DNA of 56,930 bases, from the IMG/VR virus record IMGVR_UViG_3300025267_002563, positions 1 to 56,930 of that record; one strand, given 5' to 3'. This document shows positions 39,254 to 47,654 of the stretch, piece by piece. A program made the position numbers and the translations under genes. The notes below the pieces were generated by a model. That model was not told the origin of the DNA and did not search any database. It saw only the letters and a program-made list of their open reading frames with translations. How positions within the stretch are numbered: the first letter of the stretch is position 1; every line of letters starts with the position of its first letter. Source of the stretch: a virus (taxonomy: Duplodnaviria; Caudoviricetes).

Positions 39254-39733
39254 ATGAAAAAAAATCCGGTATATTTTTATGTATTAATTCTAGCTTTTGT
39301 GGTAGCACTGGCTATACTTTGGCCAAAGACAACCACTAAAAGGTTATTTACTAAGGTCCATCCGGCACGCGAAACAACTCAACCAATGCCTATGCCACTC
39401 TATACGCCCCCTTCTAGAGAGGTAGCCTCTTTTGAACATTATGAAGTAAACAAAAAAACTAATCAGATATTATTTTTTACTTCTAATAGTTGTAGACCAT
39501 GTGCCAAAATGAAAAAATTAGTTTGGCCCGATCCAGCGGTACAAATAGCAGTTGGAGAATATGATGAATCACCAGTAACGGTTAACTCATCTAATCCAGA
39601 AGATGAAACTAAATTTAATGATTATCATATTAAATACGTACCGACTATTATTATAGTTGATGAAGAAGGCGAAGAACTTAAACGTTCAACTGGATATATG
39701 GATGTTGATCAATTGGTTAACTTTCTCAAGTAG
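39254..39733 (+). CDS. Membrane-anchored thioredoxin-like protein
   Basis: N-terminal TM; CRPC; YVPTIII. Confidence 0.8.
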   Translation: MKKNPVYFYVLILAFVVALAILWPKTTTKRLFTKVHPARETTQPMPMPLYTPPSREVASFEHYEVNKKTNQILFFTSNSCRPCAKMKKLVWPDPAVQIAVGEYDESPVTVNSSNPEDETKFNDYHIKYVPTIIIVDEEGEELKRSTGYMDVDQLVNFLK

Positions 39734-39740
39734 ATATATT

Positions 39741-39965
39741 ATGTTGATAGATGAATTTGAAGAAAAAGATAAAAACAAGGAAATAAAAACTAAGGTCTAT
39801 TTAGAAGAAAACAATAAGAGTATTGTGATCTATCAGTATTTATTTAAAAAAGATAAAGTAGAAGATATCAACTGTATAAGATTACCTATTATGGATTTTG
39901 CTCAAATAACAAAAAAAACTCTTGCTTCTTACGTAATGTCTAAATATGGTGATGAACTAAAATGA
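39741..39965 (+). CDS. Hypothetical protein
   Basis: ORF track. Confidence 0.5.
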   Translation: MLIDEFEEKDKNKEIKTKVYLEENNKSIVIYQYLFKKDKVEDINCIRLPIMDFAQITKKTLASYVMSKYGDELK

Positions 39966-40513
39966 GAAACCGACTCAAAAATACAATGTGTTACTTGTGT
40001 GGTGCTATGGATAGAGTATCAGACGGTGGTGTAGGATGGCGAAACATGATTACACCTGTACTAAGGGACATGGGTGTAGGTGTTCTAGACCCCTGTAACA
40101 AACCTACAGATTTTGCTCAAGAAAATAGAAAGTTCAGAGAAAAAATTATTGTACTCAAATTAAATAAACAATTTAATCAAGTAAAGGAATTAATGAAAGA
40201 TGTAGCAGCAATCGATCTGCGAATGGTAGACATTGCCCACTTTGTTATTATGTATATGGATGTAGATGTTCACATGTGTGGATCGTACCATGAAGCATCG
40301 GTAGCTATACAACAAAAGAAACCATTATTAATTGTATGCAAACAGGGCAAAGAGAATGTTCCTAATTGGTTATTTGGAGTGATGCCACATCAGCATATGT
40401 TTTCGGATTGGTTAGAATTAATTGGGTATTTAGGAAATGTTCATTCTGGTAGTGATCCCAATCATTACAACAGATGGCGATTTTTTGACTTTGAAAAAGT
40501 ATATAGGAAATAA
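39962..40513 (+). CDS. Nucleoside 2-deoxyribosyltransferase-like protein
   Basis: YLCGAMD...WR...DP...DLRMVD...GSYHE...KP. Confidence 0.7.
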   Translation: MRNRLKNTMCYLCGAMDRVSDGGVGWRNMITPVLRDMGVGVLDPCNKPTDFAQENRKFREKIIVLKLNKQFNQVKELMKDVAAIDLRMVDIAHFVIMYMDVDVHMCGSYHEASVAIQQKKPLLIVCKQGKENVPNWLFGVMPHQHMFSDWLELIGYLGNVHSGSDPNHYNRWRFFDFEKVYRK

Positions 40514-40514
40514 A

Positions 40515-41243
40515 ATGTACAAAAAACTAACGCGAGATCAGCAAATCAGTCTTTGTAATAAAATGAATTCTGGAGACAGGCAAGCTAGAGAAGACCTGAT
40601 TTATAGTTGCTTGCCTTTAGTAATTAATATTGCTAATAAATTTAGATATAATAATAAGCATATTGATTTAGACGATATGGTTCAGGAGGGCAATATAGCT
40701 TTAATAAAAGCGATAGAAAACTGGGACGCACATAAGAGTGCTATTACTACAGTGGTTACTTGGTATGTCAGAAATGCCCTTATTAATATGATAACAGATG
40801 CACAATATTGTATAAAATATCCTTATACGATGTCTAGAAGGGCGACAGAGGAACTTAGAAAAATCAAAAGTTTAAATTCTAATAATATTGATTATTTGAT
40901 ACAAGAAACAGGGCTGAGTAAAAAAAGAATTAAACAGCTACTTACTGTTTCGCCAAAAGGTTCTTCTAGGCTAAGCATGACAGAAGCTGCAATACGAAAG
41001 CGTATAGACCCCGAAGAAGTACAACTTAAACCATGTATTGGAGATCTAATTAATTTAGTAAACGATTATCTTGATGGTGAACAAAAAACCATATTTTGTC
41101 AGTGGGCGGGTATAAATAGAAAAAAAATAGGAAAAAAACAAATTGCAAAATCTCTAAATCAAACTGAACAATATGTGTATGATAATATAAAAGGTGCTAC
41201 TAGAATCTTATCCAGCGCAGCACAGGTGCTACCAAATGCCTAA
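40515..41243 (+). CDS. Sigma-70-family RNA polymerase sigma factor
   Basis: AREDLIYSCLPLVINIA...DDMVQEGNIALIKAIENWD...WYVRNA; C-terminal HTH. Confidence 0.88.
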   Translation: MYKKLTRDQQISLCNKMNSGDRQAREDLIYSCLPLVINIANKFRYNNKHIDLDDMVQEGNIALIKAIENWDAHKSAITTVVTWYVRNALINMITDAQYCIKYPYTMSRRATEELRKIKSLNSNNIDYLIQETGLSKKRIKQLLTVSPKGSSRLSMTEAAIRKRIDPEEVQLKPCIGDLINLVNDYLDGEQKTIFCQWAGINRKKIGKKQIAKSLNQTEQYVYDNIKGATRILSSAAQVLPNA

Positions 41244-41508
41244 ATTTTATATACAAGACGGTGTTGAACAGACTGTTCTTAGTGCTGATAGTGCATTACA
41301 AGCGTGTTTTTTCGCTATTAAATATAGATTTGAAGGTATCCCAATAAACGGTTATTACCTCGTTTCAGAACTTGGTTTTGAAAACCATGAAGACGATACT
41401 GTTTTTTCTTCTGATGAAGTTATTTCTGGCTTTTTAGATGTAATGAATAGTTTAAAACCTAAAAAAACCATAAAAAAAAAGCGTAAAAAAGATGATGAGG
41501 GGGATTGA
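41236..41508 (+). CDS. Hypothetical protein
   Basis: AGGTG RBS. Confidence 0.6.
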   Translation: MPKFYIQDGVEQTVLSADSALQACFFAIKYRFEGIPINGYYLVSELGFENHEDDTVFSSDEVISGFLDVMNSLKPKKTIKKKRKKDDEGD

Positions 41509-41532
41509 CTTTGGCCGATTAAGGTATATAAT
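41505..41532 (+). promoter_or_regulatory. Sigma70-type promoter for the rIIA-rIIB operon
   Basis: TTGACT-16 bp-TATAAT. Confidence 0.75.
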
Positions 41533-41591
41533 AAAGGAAACTAACGACGAGTACGGTTGTTGAGGACAACTTCATATCAAGGAGATCAGGA

Positions 41592-43730
41592 ATGAAAATT
41601 ATTGAAAACAACAAGAATGTAGTTCGGTCTGGCGTACAGAGATCAACTGAATGTGGCATGGTTCTCAACGCAAAAACGTTTGAGATGCTGGCACGGCAGT
41701 ATTCTAATCCTATTAAGGCTATTCTTCAAGAAATTGGCGCGAACGCTGCCGATTCTCATATTCGGGCAGGTATTCCCGAACGATCCTTTGATGTTAAACT
41801 TCCTAATGCCCTAGATCCTCATCTCCGTATACGGGATTATGGAGTAGGCATGGGGCGAGAAGTTATCTACAATACTTATATTCACTATATGAAGTCTGAT
41901 AAAACGGATACGAATAGTGAAACTGGGTGCTTTGGCATTGGTTCTAAAACCCCTCTTGCCTACACAGACTCATTTAATATCAAAACTTACACAGATGGTA
42001 AGATGCATTTGTATACTCTAGGGTATAATGAAAATGGTATCCCTGAACTTAATGAATTTGCAGCGCATGATACTGACGAAGAGAATGGAGTTGAAATTTC
42101 TTTTTCTGTTCGTCAAGACGACTTCAGAAAGTTTGAAGAAGCAGCAGCAAGGGTATATTCATTTTTTAATACTATTCCAAATGTAACAGGCAATCCATCA
42201 TTTGAATTTAAAAGGTACAAGAAGGTTTTACAAGGATCTAACTGGTATGTGTATCATACCGATGATAGAGATTGGGATTCGTATGTATTGATGGGCAATA
42301 TAGCCTATCCTATTACATCTGAAGACTTATCCTTGACATATGGGAGTAAGATGTATGGTATACTTGGTGCAGGTGTTGTGCTTACTATACCTATTGGTAG
42401 TGTTAGTATGACTCCATCCCGAGAGTCACTAGAATTTAATCATAAGACAATTGAATTTCTTACACAAGAGCTTAAAAATGTAGGAGAGGAGATAGCGGAA
42501 CAGGGAAGAAAGCTAATTGATGGTGCAGATAATATGTGGGATGCCCGTCTTATTGTTCGTAGCTTAACTAAGACTCTTGGTTATCGGGCTACTGACTTAG
42601 TTAATCTAAATCAATGGCGCGAAGAGAATCTTCCTCATTATGTTAACATGGATGTTTCTGCTAAATTTTTTCATGAACGTGGTAAAGTTAAAAGACGCAA
42701 TGATCCTCAAAATACTGTGCCTATTGGAGATAAAAGAGTTCTGTTTGTTATTAAAGATATGAATACTAAGTTTGATATTAGATGTCGGTATCTTGTATCC
42801 TCTAAAGAAAAGACCGTTTATTTAATTGAAGAATATCGTGATGGAAGTATAGTTCCGTTAAGTAAGTGTAAATCATTGTATGATTATATCAAAAGTCAGG
42901 TTGGTTGTTCAGAAGAAGTAGCTAAAGAATTAATTTTTAAAGTAAGCGAACTTGAACACCCAACCCGTAAACGTGCGGCTCACACGGGAGCCGGTAGAAA
43001 AACTACTACGACTGTAATGGAGTTTCTTATAAATGGCAGTCAGCGAGATTACGGTAAGAAGAGAGATGCAAGATACTGGAAGCAGGTGGAGATTGATTTG
43101 AAGGATGAAGCTGATACTCACTATTATATTGAGTGGAATAATTATGAGTATAGTTCAGAAGGTTATGGGATAGAGTTTCTTTCTCTTATTAGATGTTTAA
43201 ATCAACTAGGTATTAGTATTCCTGAAATTTATGGTGTAAAGAATGCACAACAAAATAAAATTTCAAAACAATCAAACTGGAAACTCTTTCTACCCCGAGT
43301 ACAGAAACTAATTAAAGAAAAGTACGACAATGAAGAATTTAAAAACTCTGTCAAACAAAATAAAATTTTGCAGAGGCTTGACATTGCGTCAGATATGCGT
43401 ACAATTAAAGAGAAGACAACGAAACTGATTGAAGATAAGGATTCTCCATTTAGTAAGTTAATGAATGCAGTCTTTGTTGAGGAGGAAAAAGCCGAAGAGT
43501 CCGATAATATGGAGTGGGTTTTAAAGTTGGCGCGACTGGCTCGATTTCCACTAACTTTAGATCAAGGTTCTAAGGAAAATGATGAACTTGATGATCTTGT
43601 AAAAGAATGCGAGGAACGTTACGCTCTTATTTTGGAGTTGATTCGCACGCGATGGATTCGAGAGGAGTCGATTGCGAATCAAATTATTGAAACTATTAAT
43701 GCTTTGGATTTCTATCACAACAACAAGTAA
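41592..43730 (+). CDS. rIIA: rIIA-like protein (GHKL ATPase N-terminus)
   Basis: YSNPIKAILQEIGANAADSH, IRDYGVG, GCFGIGSKTPLAYTD, PSRESL. Confidence 0.85.
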   Translation: MKIIENNKNVVRSGVQRSTECGMVLNAKTFEMLARQYSNPIKAILQEIGANAADSHIRAGIPERSFDVKLPNALDPHLRIRDYGVGMGREVIYNTYIHYMKSDKTDTNSETGCFGIGSKTPLAYTDSFNIKTYTDGKMHLYTLGYNENGIPELNEFAAHDTDEENGVEISFSVRQDDFRKFEEAAARVYSFFNTIPNVTGNPSFEFKRYKKVLQGSNWYVYHTDDRDWDSYVLMGNIAYPITSEDLSLTYGSKMYGILGAGVVLTIPIGSVSMTPSRESLEFNHKTIEFLTQELKNVGEEIAEQGRKLIDGADNMWDARLIVRSLTKTLGYRATDLVNLNQWREENLPHYVNMDVSAKFFHERGKVKRRNDPQNTVPIGDKRVLFVIKDMNTKFDIRCRYLVSSKEKTVYLIEEYRDGSIVPLSKCKSLYDYIKSQVGCSEEVAKELIFKVSELEHPTRKRAAHTGAGRKTTTTVMEFLINGSQRDYGKKRDARYWKQVEIDLKDEADTHYYIEWNNYEYSSEGYGIEFLSLIRCLNQLGISIPEIYGVKNAQQNKISKQSNWKLFLPRVQKLIKEKYDNEEFKNSVKQNKILQRLDIASDMRTIKEKTTKLIEDKDSPFSKLMNAVFVEEEKAEESDNMEWVLKLARLARFPLTLDQGSKENDELDDLVKECEERYALILELIRTRWIREESIANQIIETINALDFYHNNK

Positions 43731-43741
43731 AGGAAAGTAAG

Positions 43742-44581
43742 ATGATTCCGCATATGATCTCAGGCGATGGAAACATTACAATCGTTCTCAAGGGTGAGCA
43801 GTTCTATATTAATACTGATGACCCAACCTATGAAAGTGTACTTCAAGCGTTGAAGGACGGCGCGACAGAAGACGAGATGTTTGTTTTGATTGATAAAGTC
43901 TCTACGGTGAAACAATATACGCTAGGTAGTGATATTGAAGTTAAGGATGGTTGTATCTTCTTTCAAGGAGAAGCGGTCCACAATACTGTAACAGAACGTA
44001 TTCTAAGGTTTTTGGAAGAAGGTCTTCCCGTTACGCCCCTTGTTAATTTTCTAGTTAAACTTATGGAGAATCCAAGCTATGCTTCTCGAAATCAATTGTA
44101 TGATTTTCTGGAGCATAAAAATCTACCTATTACTGAAGATGGAGATTTTCTAGCTTATAAGGCAGTTACGTCCAACTATCTTGATAAGCATAGTCGTACA
44201 CTTTCCAATCAGGTAGGTGAGACGTTACGTATGGCACGCTGGGGCGTAGACGATGAGCGTGATCATGGATGTTCATCAGGTCTTCACGCTGGTGCGTTAG
44301 AGTATGTTCAAAGCTATGGTTGTTTTAGTGATCGAGAAGATTCAGATAAATGTATTATTGTTAAAATTAATCCTGCACATGTGGTTAGTGTTCCCAAGGA
44401 TTCTTATTGTCAAAAACTTAGAACCTGTGAATATCAGGTATTAAAGGACTATGAAGGTGAGATGGAGCATAATCTTTACACTGACGAAGGAGATGAGTGG
44501 GATTATGGTGACGATCCTATGGACGATGTTATAAGTTTAGGAGATGTTATTTCAGATGACGATGCATATCGTTGGAACTGA
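43742..44581 (+). CDS. rIIB: rIIB-like protein
   Basis: LMENPS...LYDFL...ITEDGDFLAYK...CSSGLH...KLRTCEY; follows rIIA. Confidence 0.85.
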   Translation: MIPHMISGDGNITIVLKGEQFYINTDDPTYESVLQALKDGATEDEMFVLIDKVSTVKQYTLGSDIEVKDGCIFFQGEAVHNTVTERILRFLEEGLPVTPLVNFLVKLMENPSYASRNQLYDFLEHKNLPITEDGDFLAYKAVTSNYLDKHSRTLSNQVGETLRMARWGVDDERDHGCSSGLHAGALEYVQSYGCFSDREDSDKCIIVKINPAHVVSVPKDSYCQKLRTCEYQVLKDYEGEMEHNLYTDEGDEWDYGDDPMDDVISLGDVISDDDAYRWN

Positions 44582-44664
44582 GCGGGAGTGGTGGAATTGG
44601 CAGACACTTAGGACTTAAAATCCTATGCCGTAGCGGCGTGCGGGTTCGAGTCCCGCCTTCCGCA
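44582..44664 (+). tRNA. tRNA-Leu(UAA), long variable arm; CCA not encoded
   Basis: Acceptor GCGGGAG/CTTCCGC; TAGGA-CTTAAAA-TCCTA; GCGGG-TTCGAGT-CCCGC. Confidence 0.93.
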
Positions 44665-44667
44665 ATC

Positions 44668-44740
44668 GCCCTCGTAGCTCAGGAGACAGAGCAACGGTCT
44701 TCTAAACCGTAGGTCGTAGGTGCGATTCCTACCGAGGGTA
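44668..44740 (+). tRNA. tRNA-Arg(UCU), atypical D and T loops; CCA not encoded
   Basis: Acceptor GCCCTCG/CGAGGGT; ACGGT-CTTCTAA-ACCGT; GTAGG-TGCGATT-CCTAC. Confidence 0.85.
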
Positions 44741-44789
44741 CTGTTGTATTTTCTAATGTAGATTGGTGAACTTTTAAAAAGGAGTTTAA

Positions 44790-45191
44790 ATGTCAGTTAT
44801 GTTTAGTTTATTGTTTGTTTCAGTTTTAGCTCTTGCAGAGGAAAAGGAAAAGCTGGTTGAGAATCCTAATATCATGGAGATGCATCAAATTGCGAATGAA
44901 AAACGTGGTAAGTGTAAGCAATGTAAAAGACCTCCACTGGAATTAGATGAAGAGTGTTGTCAAATGGCACAAGAGTGGGCAAATCATATGGTAAAGGTTG
45001 GCAAACGTTATCATGGTAAGAATGATCAGATTATTTCATCTGGCTATAAGGATACGCCAGCCGCTTTTTCAGCATGGATGAATTCTAGCGGTCATCGTGC
45101 TTGGATATTGACTCGTAAATGTACCAAAGCTGGATGGGGTTATCAAGTCTCGGAGAAGGGTACGAAGTATTGGGTTGGAGTGTTTCGTTGA
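44790..45191 (+). CDS. Secreted CAP/SCP-domain protein
   Basis: Signal peptide; AQEWANHM; AWMNSSGHRAWIL; GWGY...YWVGVF. Confidence 0.85.
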   Translation: MSVMFSLLFVSVLALAEEKEKLVENPNIMEMHQIANEKRGKCKQCKRPPLELDEECCQMAQEWANHMVKVGKRYHGKNDQIISSGYKDTPAAFSAWMNSSGHRAWILTRKCTKAGWGYQVSEKGTKYWVGVFR

Positions 45192-45364
45192 AAATTGGAG
45201 ATTCAGTTACTACTCATGATAATGAAAGCGGAGTGATTGTCAGCAAATGGGCAGGAACTAGATATAGTTGGTGGGTTGATATAACTTTTACTTATGATGA
45301 AAAAGAATATACAAGCACCATTCCATATCGTGAGTCAGAATTAACCTTGTTGCAACCAAACTAA
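45188..45364 (+). CDS. Small SH3-like protein (probable TTG start); stop lies in RNA unit U1
   Basis: LKIGDSV...GVIV...YRESEL. Confidence 0.55.
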   Translation: MKIGDSVTTHDNESGVIVSKWAGTRYSWWVDITFTYDEKEYTSTIPYRESELTLLQPN

Positions 45365-45472
45365 GTTTACGGATCTTAAGTGAGTAACAAGTGGGCTCAA
45401 ACCGAACCTTCCTACATTAAAACCAAGTTTACGATGTTTCTTGAGTGAGTAGGGAGTAGCTGCAAAAACATC
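45346..45472 (+). ncRNA. Predicted pseudoknot RNA units U1 (45346-45404) and U2 (45408-45472)
   Basis: P1(8 bp)-A-rich 6 nt-P2-loop(PK)-P2'-GA-P1'-N6-CAA-PK'. Confidence 0.75.
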
Positions 45473-45509
45473 TCCTTCCAGTCCTACTAATAGAATATAG
45501 GATGTTGCA

Positions 45510-45755
45510 ATGATAAATGATCATGACCTATCAGAAGATGAATACCTTGTACAATTAAAACAATTAATTTCACTACAAGAAGAAAGACAGGAAATGAAAG
45601 ATATAGACAAACAAATTCAACTGGTAGATATTGAAATTGAAGCAGCAGAACATGCTATTGAGAGAGCGATGGGAATAGTGGAGAAAGAAGAATTGGTTCA
45701 GTCTGTCTCTATTCTTCAGCAAGAACGACGTAAATTATTAGACAAATATAATTAA
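45510..45755 (+). CDS. 81-aa acidic coiled-coil protein embedded in the RNA array
   Basis: AGGA RBS; heptad pattern. Confidence 0.65.
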   Translation: MINDHDLSEDEYLVQLKQLISLQEERQEMKDIDKQIQLVDIEIEAAEHAIERAMGIVEKEELVQSVSILQQERRKLLDKYN

Positions 45756-45773
45756 ATATACGTTAAAGATTAT

Positions 45774-45957
45774 CTTCCTACAACAAAGTCAAGTAGCGGT
45801 CTTGGGCGAGTAGGAAGAGTCGTCAAACCGTTCTTGTTACAACAAAGCTAAGTAAGCGGTCTTAAGTGAGTAACAAGCAACATCAAACCGTCTTCCTACA
45901 GCAAAACCAAGTTTATGATGTTTCTTGTGTGAGTAGGGAGCAGTTACAAAAACATCA
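45774..45957 (+). ncRNA. Predicted pseudoknot RNA units U3 (45774-45830), U4 (45833-45890), U5 (45892-45957)
   Basis: P1 CTTCCTAC/GTAGGAAG, CTTGTTAC/GTAACAAG, CTTCCTAC/GTAGGGAG; PK CGGT/ACCG, CGGT/ACCG, TGATGTTT/AAACATCA. Confidence 0.8.
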
Positions 45958-45990
45958 TTTTTAAATTTTAACAGTGCAAATCCAAAATAG

Positions 45991-46001
45991 TGTGGTATAA
46001 T
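45991..46001 (+). promoter_or_regulatory. Extended -10 promoter; predicted start about 46008 coincides with the 5' end of U6
   Basis: TGTGGTATAAT. Confidence 0.65.
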
Positions 46002-46008
46002 GAAATAG

Positions 46009-46186
46009 CTTGCATCAAGAAAGTAAGTACGGGTCTTATCGAGGTGTGAGGCTGTACAAACCCACTTTCCCTATTAAAACTAAGTTATGTAGTTCTTAGG
46101 TGAGGGGAAAGAACGATCAAAACTACACTACCCACAACATACAGCATGTAAGACCTCTTGGCTAAGTGGGGAAAAGATCAAAGGTC
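46009..46186 (+). ncRNA. Predicted pseudoknot RNA units U6 (46009-46063), U7 (46065-46127), U8 (46128-46186, degenerate)
   Basis: PK GGGT/ACCC, TGTAGTT/AACTACA, GACCT/AGGTC; G-U pairs in P1 indicate plus-strand RNA. Confidence 0.75.
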
Positions 46187-46341
46187 GTTTTATAAATCAA
46201 ACCACAACAGGAGGCAGTGAATGAAGTAGACAACTCAGGAAAGTTTTTGTTTATTTACATTTTGTACAAAATCTGTTTGTAAATCGACAACGTAGTCGTT
46301 AAAGATTTTGTCATAAGTTTTAACAAACGAGGAGCATTACT

Positions 46342-47598
46342 ATGACTAATGATTGGATTATCTACAAACGAAATGCTAAGTTCTGGGGTATCGAATTTAC
46401 AGCCGAGTTTGGATGTGCATTGAAACGCACTAATTCTACGCTTAACCGAATATCTAGACATGTTAGAAAAAGTATTAAGTCAGGCGATATTACTAACGTA
46501 ACTAAACTAGGTTATGTATCTCTAAGGGATGGAGTGATGATTGATGGTGAGCTAAAACATGAGCTTACCAAAGCACAATTTAAAAACTCCATTCAACATA
46601 TTTTCGATGCAGACTCAACAAATGAGTCTCTCAAACGAGAATGCGTACTATATGTATTAGAACGATACGCAGGTTATTTCACAAGAAATGGTCAAGGTAA
46701 AGTTCCTAACATTTCTTTTAAAGGCAAAGGGTTGTATTACAAAGACAATTTTGTTGCCATTGATCAGAAGGCGAAGTATATCACGCTGCCCACAATTTAT
46801 GGTGTTTTTAAACTTCGTTATAACTGTTCTTTAAAAGAAGAGTTTGTCACTAAGCCTAAGTTTGGAGGACATTTGATAGTGCGGCAGAAAGCATTTGTTG
46901 TTGCTGTAGATGTACCTTTTGTCTTAAAGTATGAAGTAGCAAGCACTCTCAGTTTTGACTTAAACAAAACGGCTGAAGATAACGTTGTTTGTAATGACGG
47001 AGAAATTATTCCTAGTTCAGCGTTAATGGTTGATCTTGTCAAAAAAATTAAGAAAATTAATGAAAGTCTTGATGGTGATAAGAAGCTACCAGTTTCTCAA
47101 CGCAAGTTACGAAGTAAGCAACGACGACCGTTAAGACTAGAGTGGAAAAGACTGCACAAACAGCTTAAAAACGAATGCAGAAAAGTAGCTCTGCGCTTAG
47201 TAGAAAAAGCTGAAGAGTCAAAATCGTTGATGTGTATAGACAGTGTAAAAACTGGACAAACAATGGGAACGTTTGGTCAAGATCATATCATTCCAGAACT
47301 TCAGAAAGAATGTGAGAATCGTGGCATACCTTTCTACGTTGTGCCGTGCAGAAACACTTCTCGAAGATGTCCTGAGTGTGGACACATTCATGCCGATAAC
47401 CGTAAAGACACAAAGACATTTAAGTGTGTTAGTTGCGGACATGAGGCTGACGCTCAACTCAATGCAGCGATTAATATTGCACATATTGGTCAAATGTTGT
47501 ATGATGGTGGAGTTCCTTACGGGAATTATGCCAAGAGAAATGTAGAGAAGTTGATCTCATCATATCAAAAGGAGAGTATTCCCGTCTCTTCCGAGTGA
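46342..47598 (+). CDS. TnpB/Cas12f-like RuvC + zinc-ribbon protein with altered catalytic residues; no tnpA in the window
   Basis: RuvC-I SFDLN; RuvC-II position reads MCIDSV (usually E); NTSRRCPECGH...FKCVSCGH zinc ribbon; RuvC-III reads DAQLNAAINI (usually D at the Q position); GAGGAG RBS. Confidence 0.85.
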   Translation: MTNDWIIYKRNAKFWGIEFTAEFGCALKRTNSTLNRISRHVRKSIKSGDITNVTKLGYVSLRDGVMIDGELKHELTKAQFKNSIQHIFDADSTNESLKRECVLYVLERYAGYFTRNGQGKVPNISFKGKGLYYKDNFVAIDQKAKYITLPTIYGVFKLRYNCSLKEEFVTKPKFGGHLIVRQKAFVVAVDVPFVLKYEVASTLSFDLNKTAEDNVVCNDGEIIPSSALMVDLVKKIKKINESLDGDKKLPVSQRKLRSKQRRPLRLEWKRLHKQLKNECRKVALRLVEKAEESKSLMCIDSVKTGQTMGTFGQDHIIPELQKECENRGIPFYVVPCRNTSRRCPECGHIHADNRKDTKTFKCVSCGHEADAQLNAAINIAHIGQMLYDGGVPYGNYAKRNVEKLISSYQKESIPVSSE

Positions 47599-47618
47599 TG
47601 AGAGGCGTCAAACGGGAA
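47556..47618 (+). ncRNA. Predicted pseudoknot RNA unit U9, overlapping the 3' end and stop codon of the TnpB-like gene; followed by a hairpin at 47619-47648
   Basis: P1 CTCATCAT/GTGATGAG; P2 GGAGAG/CTCTTCC; PK TTCCCGT/ACGGGAA. Confidence 0.75.
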
Positions 47619-47654
47619 GGGTCAAGGTCTTTCATCGGGCCTTGATCTTCTTCC

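Noticed and set aside
45774-45957. Units as known self-cleaving ribozymes (hammerhead, twister, pistol, HDV-like)
   Set aside because: The conserved catalytic cores and helix order of these classes could not be matched by eye. Not excluded without a covariance search or cleavage assay.
46342-47618. Active IS200/IS605 insertion element
   Set aside because: No tnpA or serine recombinase nearby, altered RuvC residues, and the RNA units continue on both sides of the gene.
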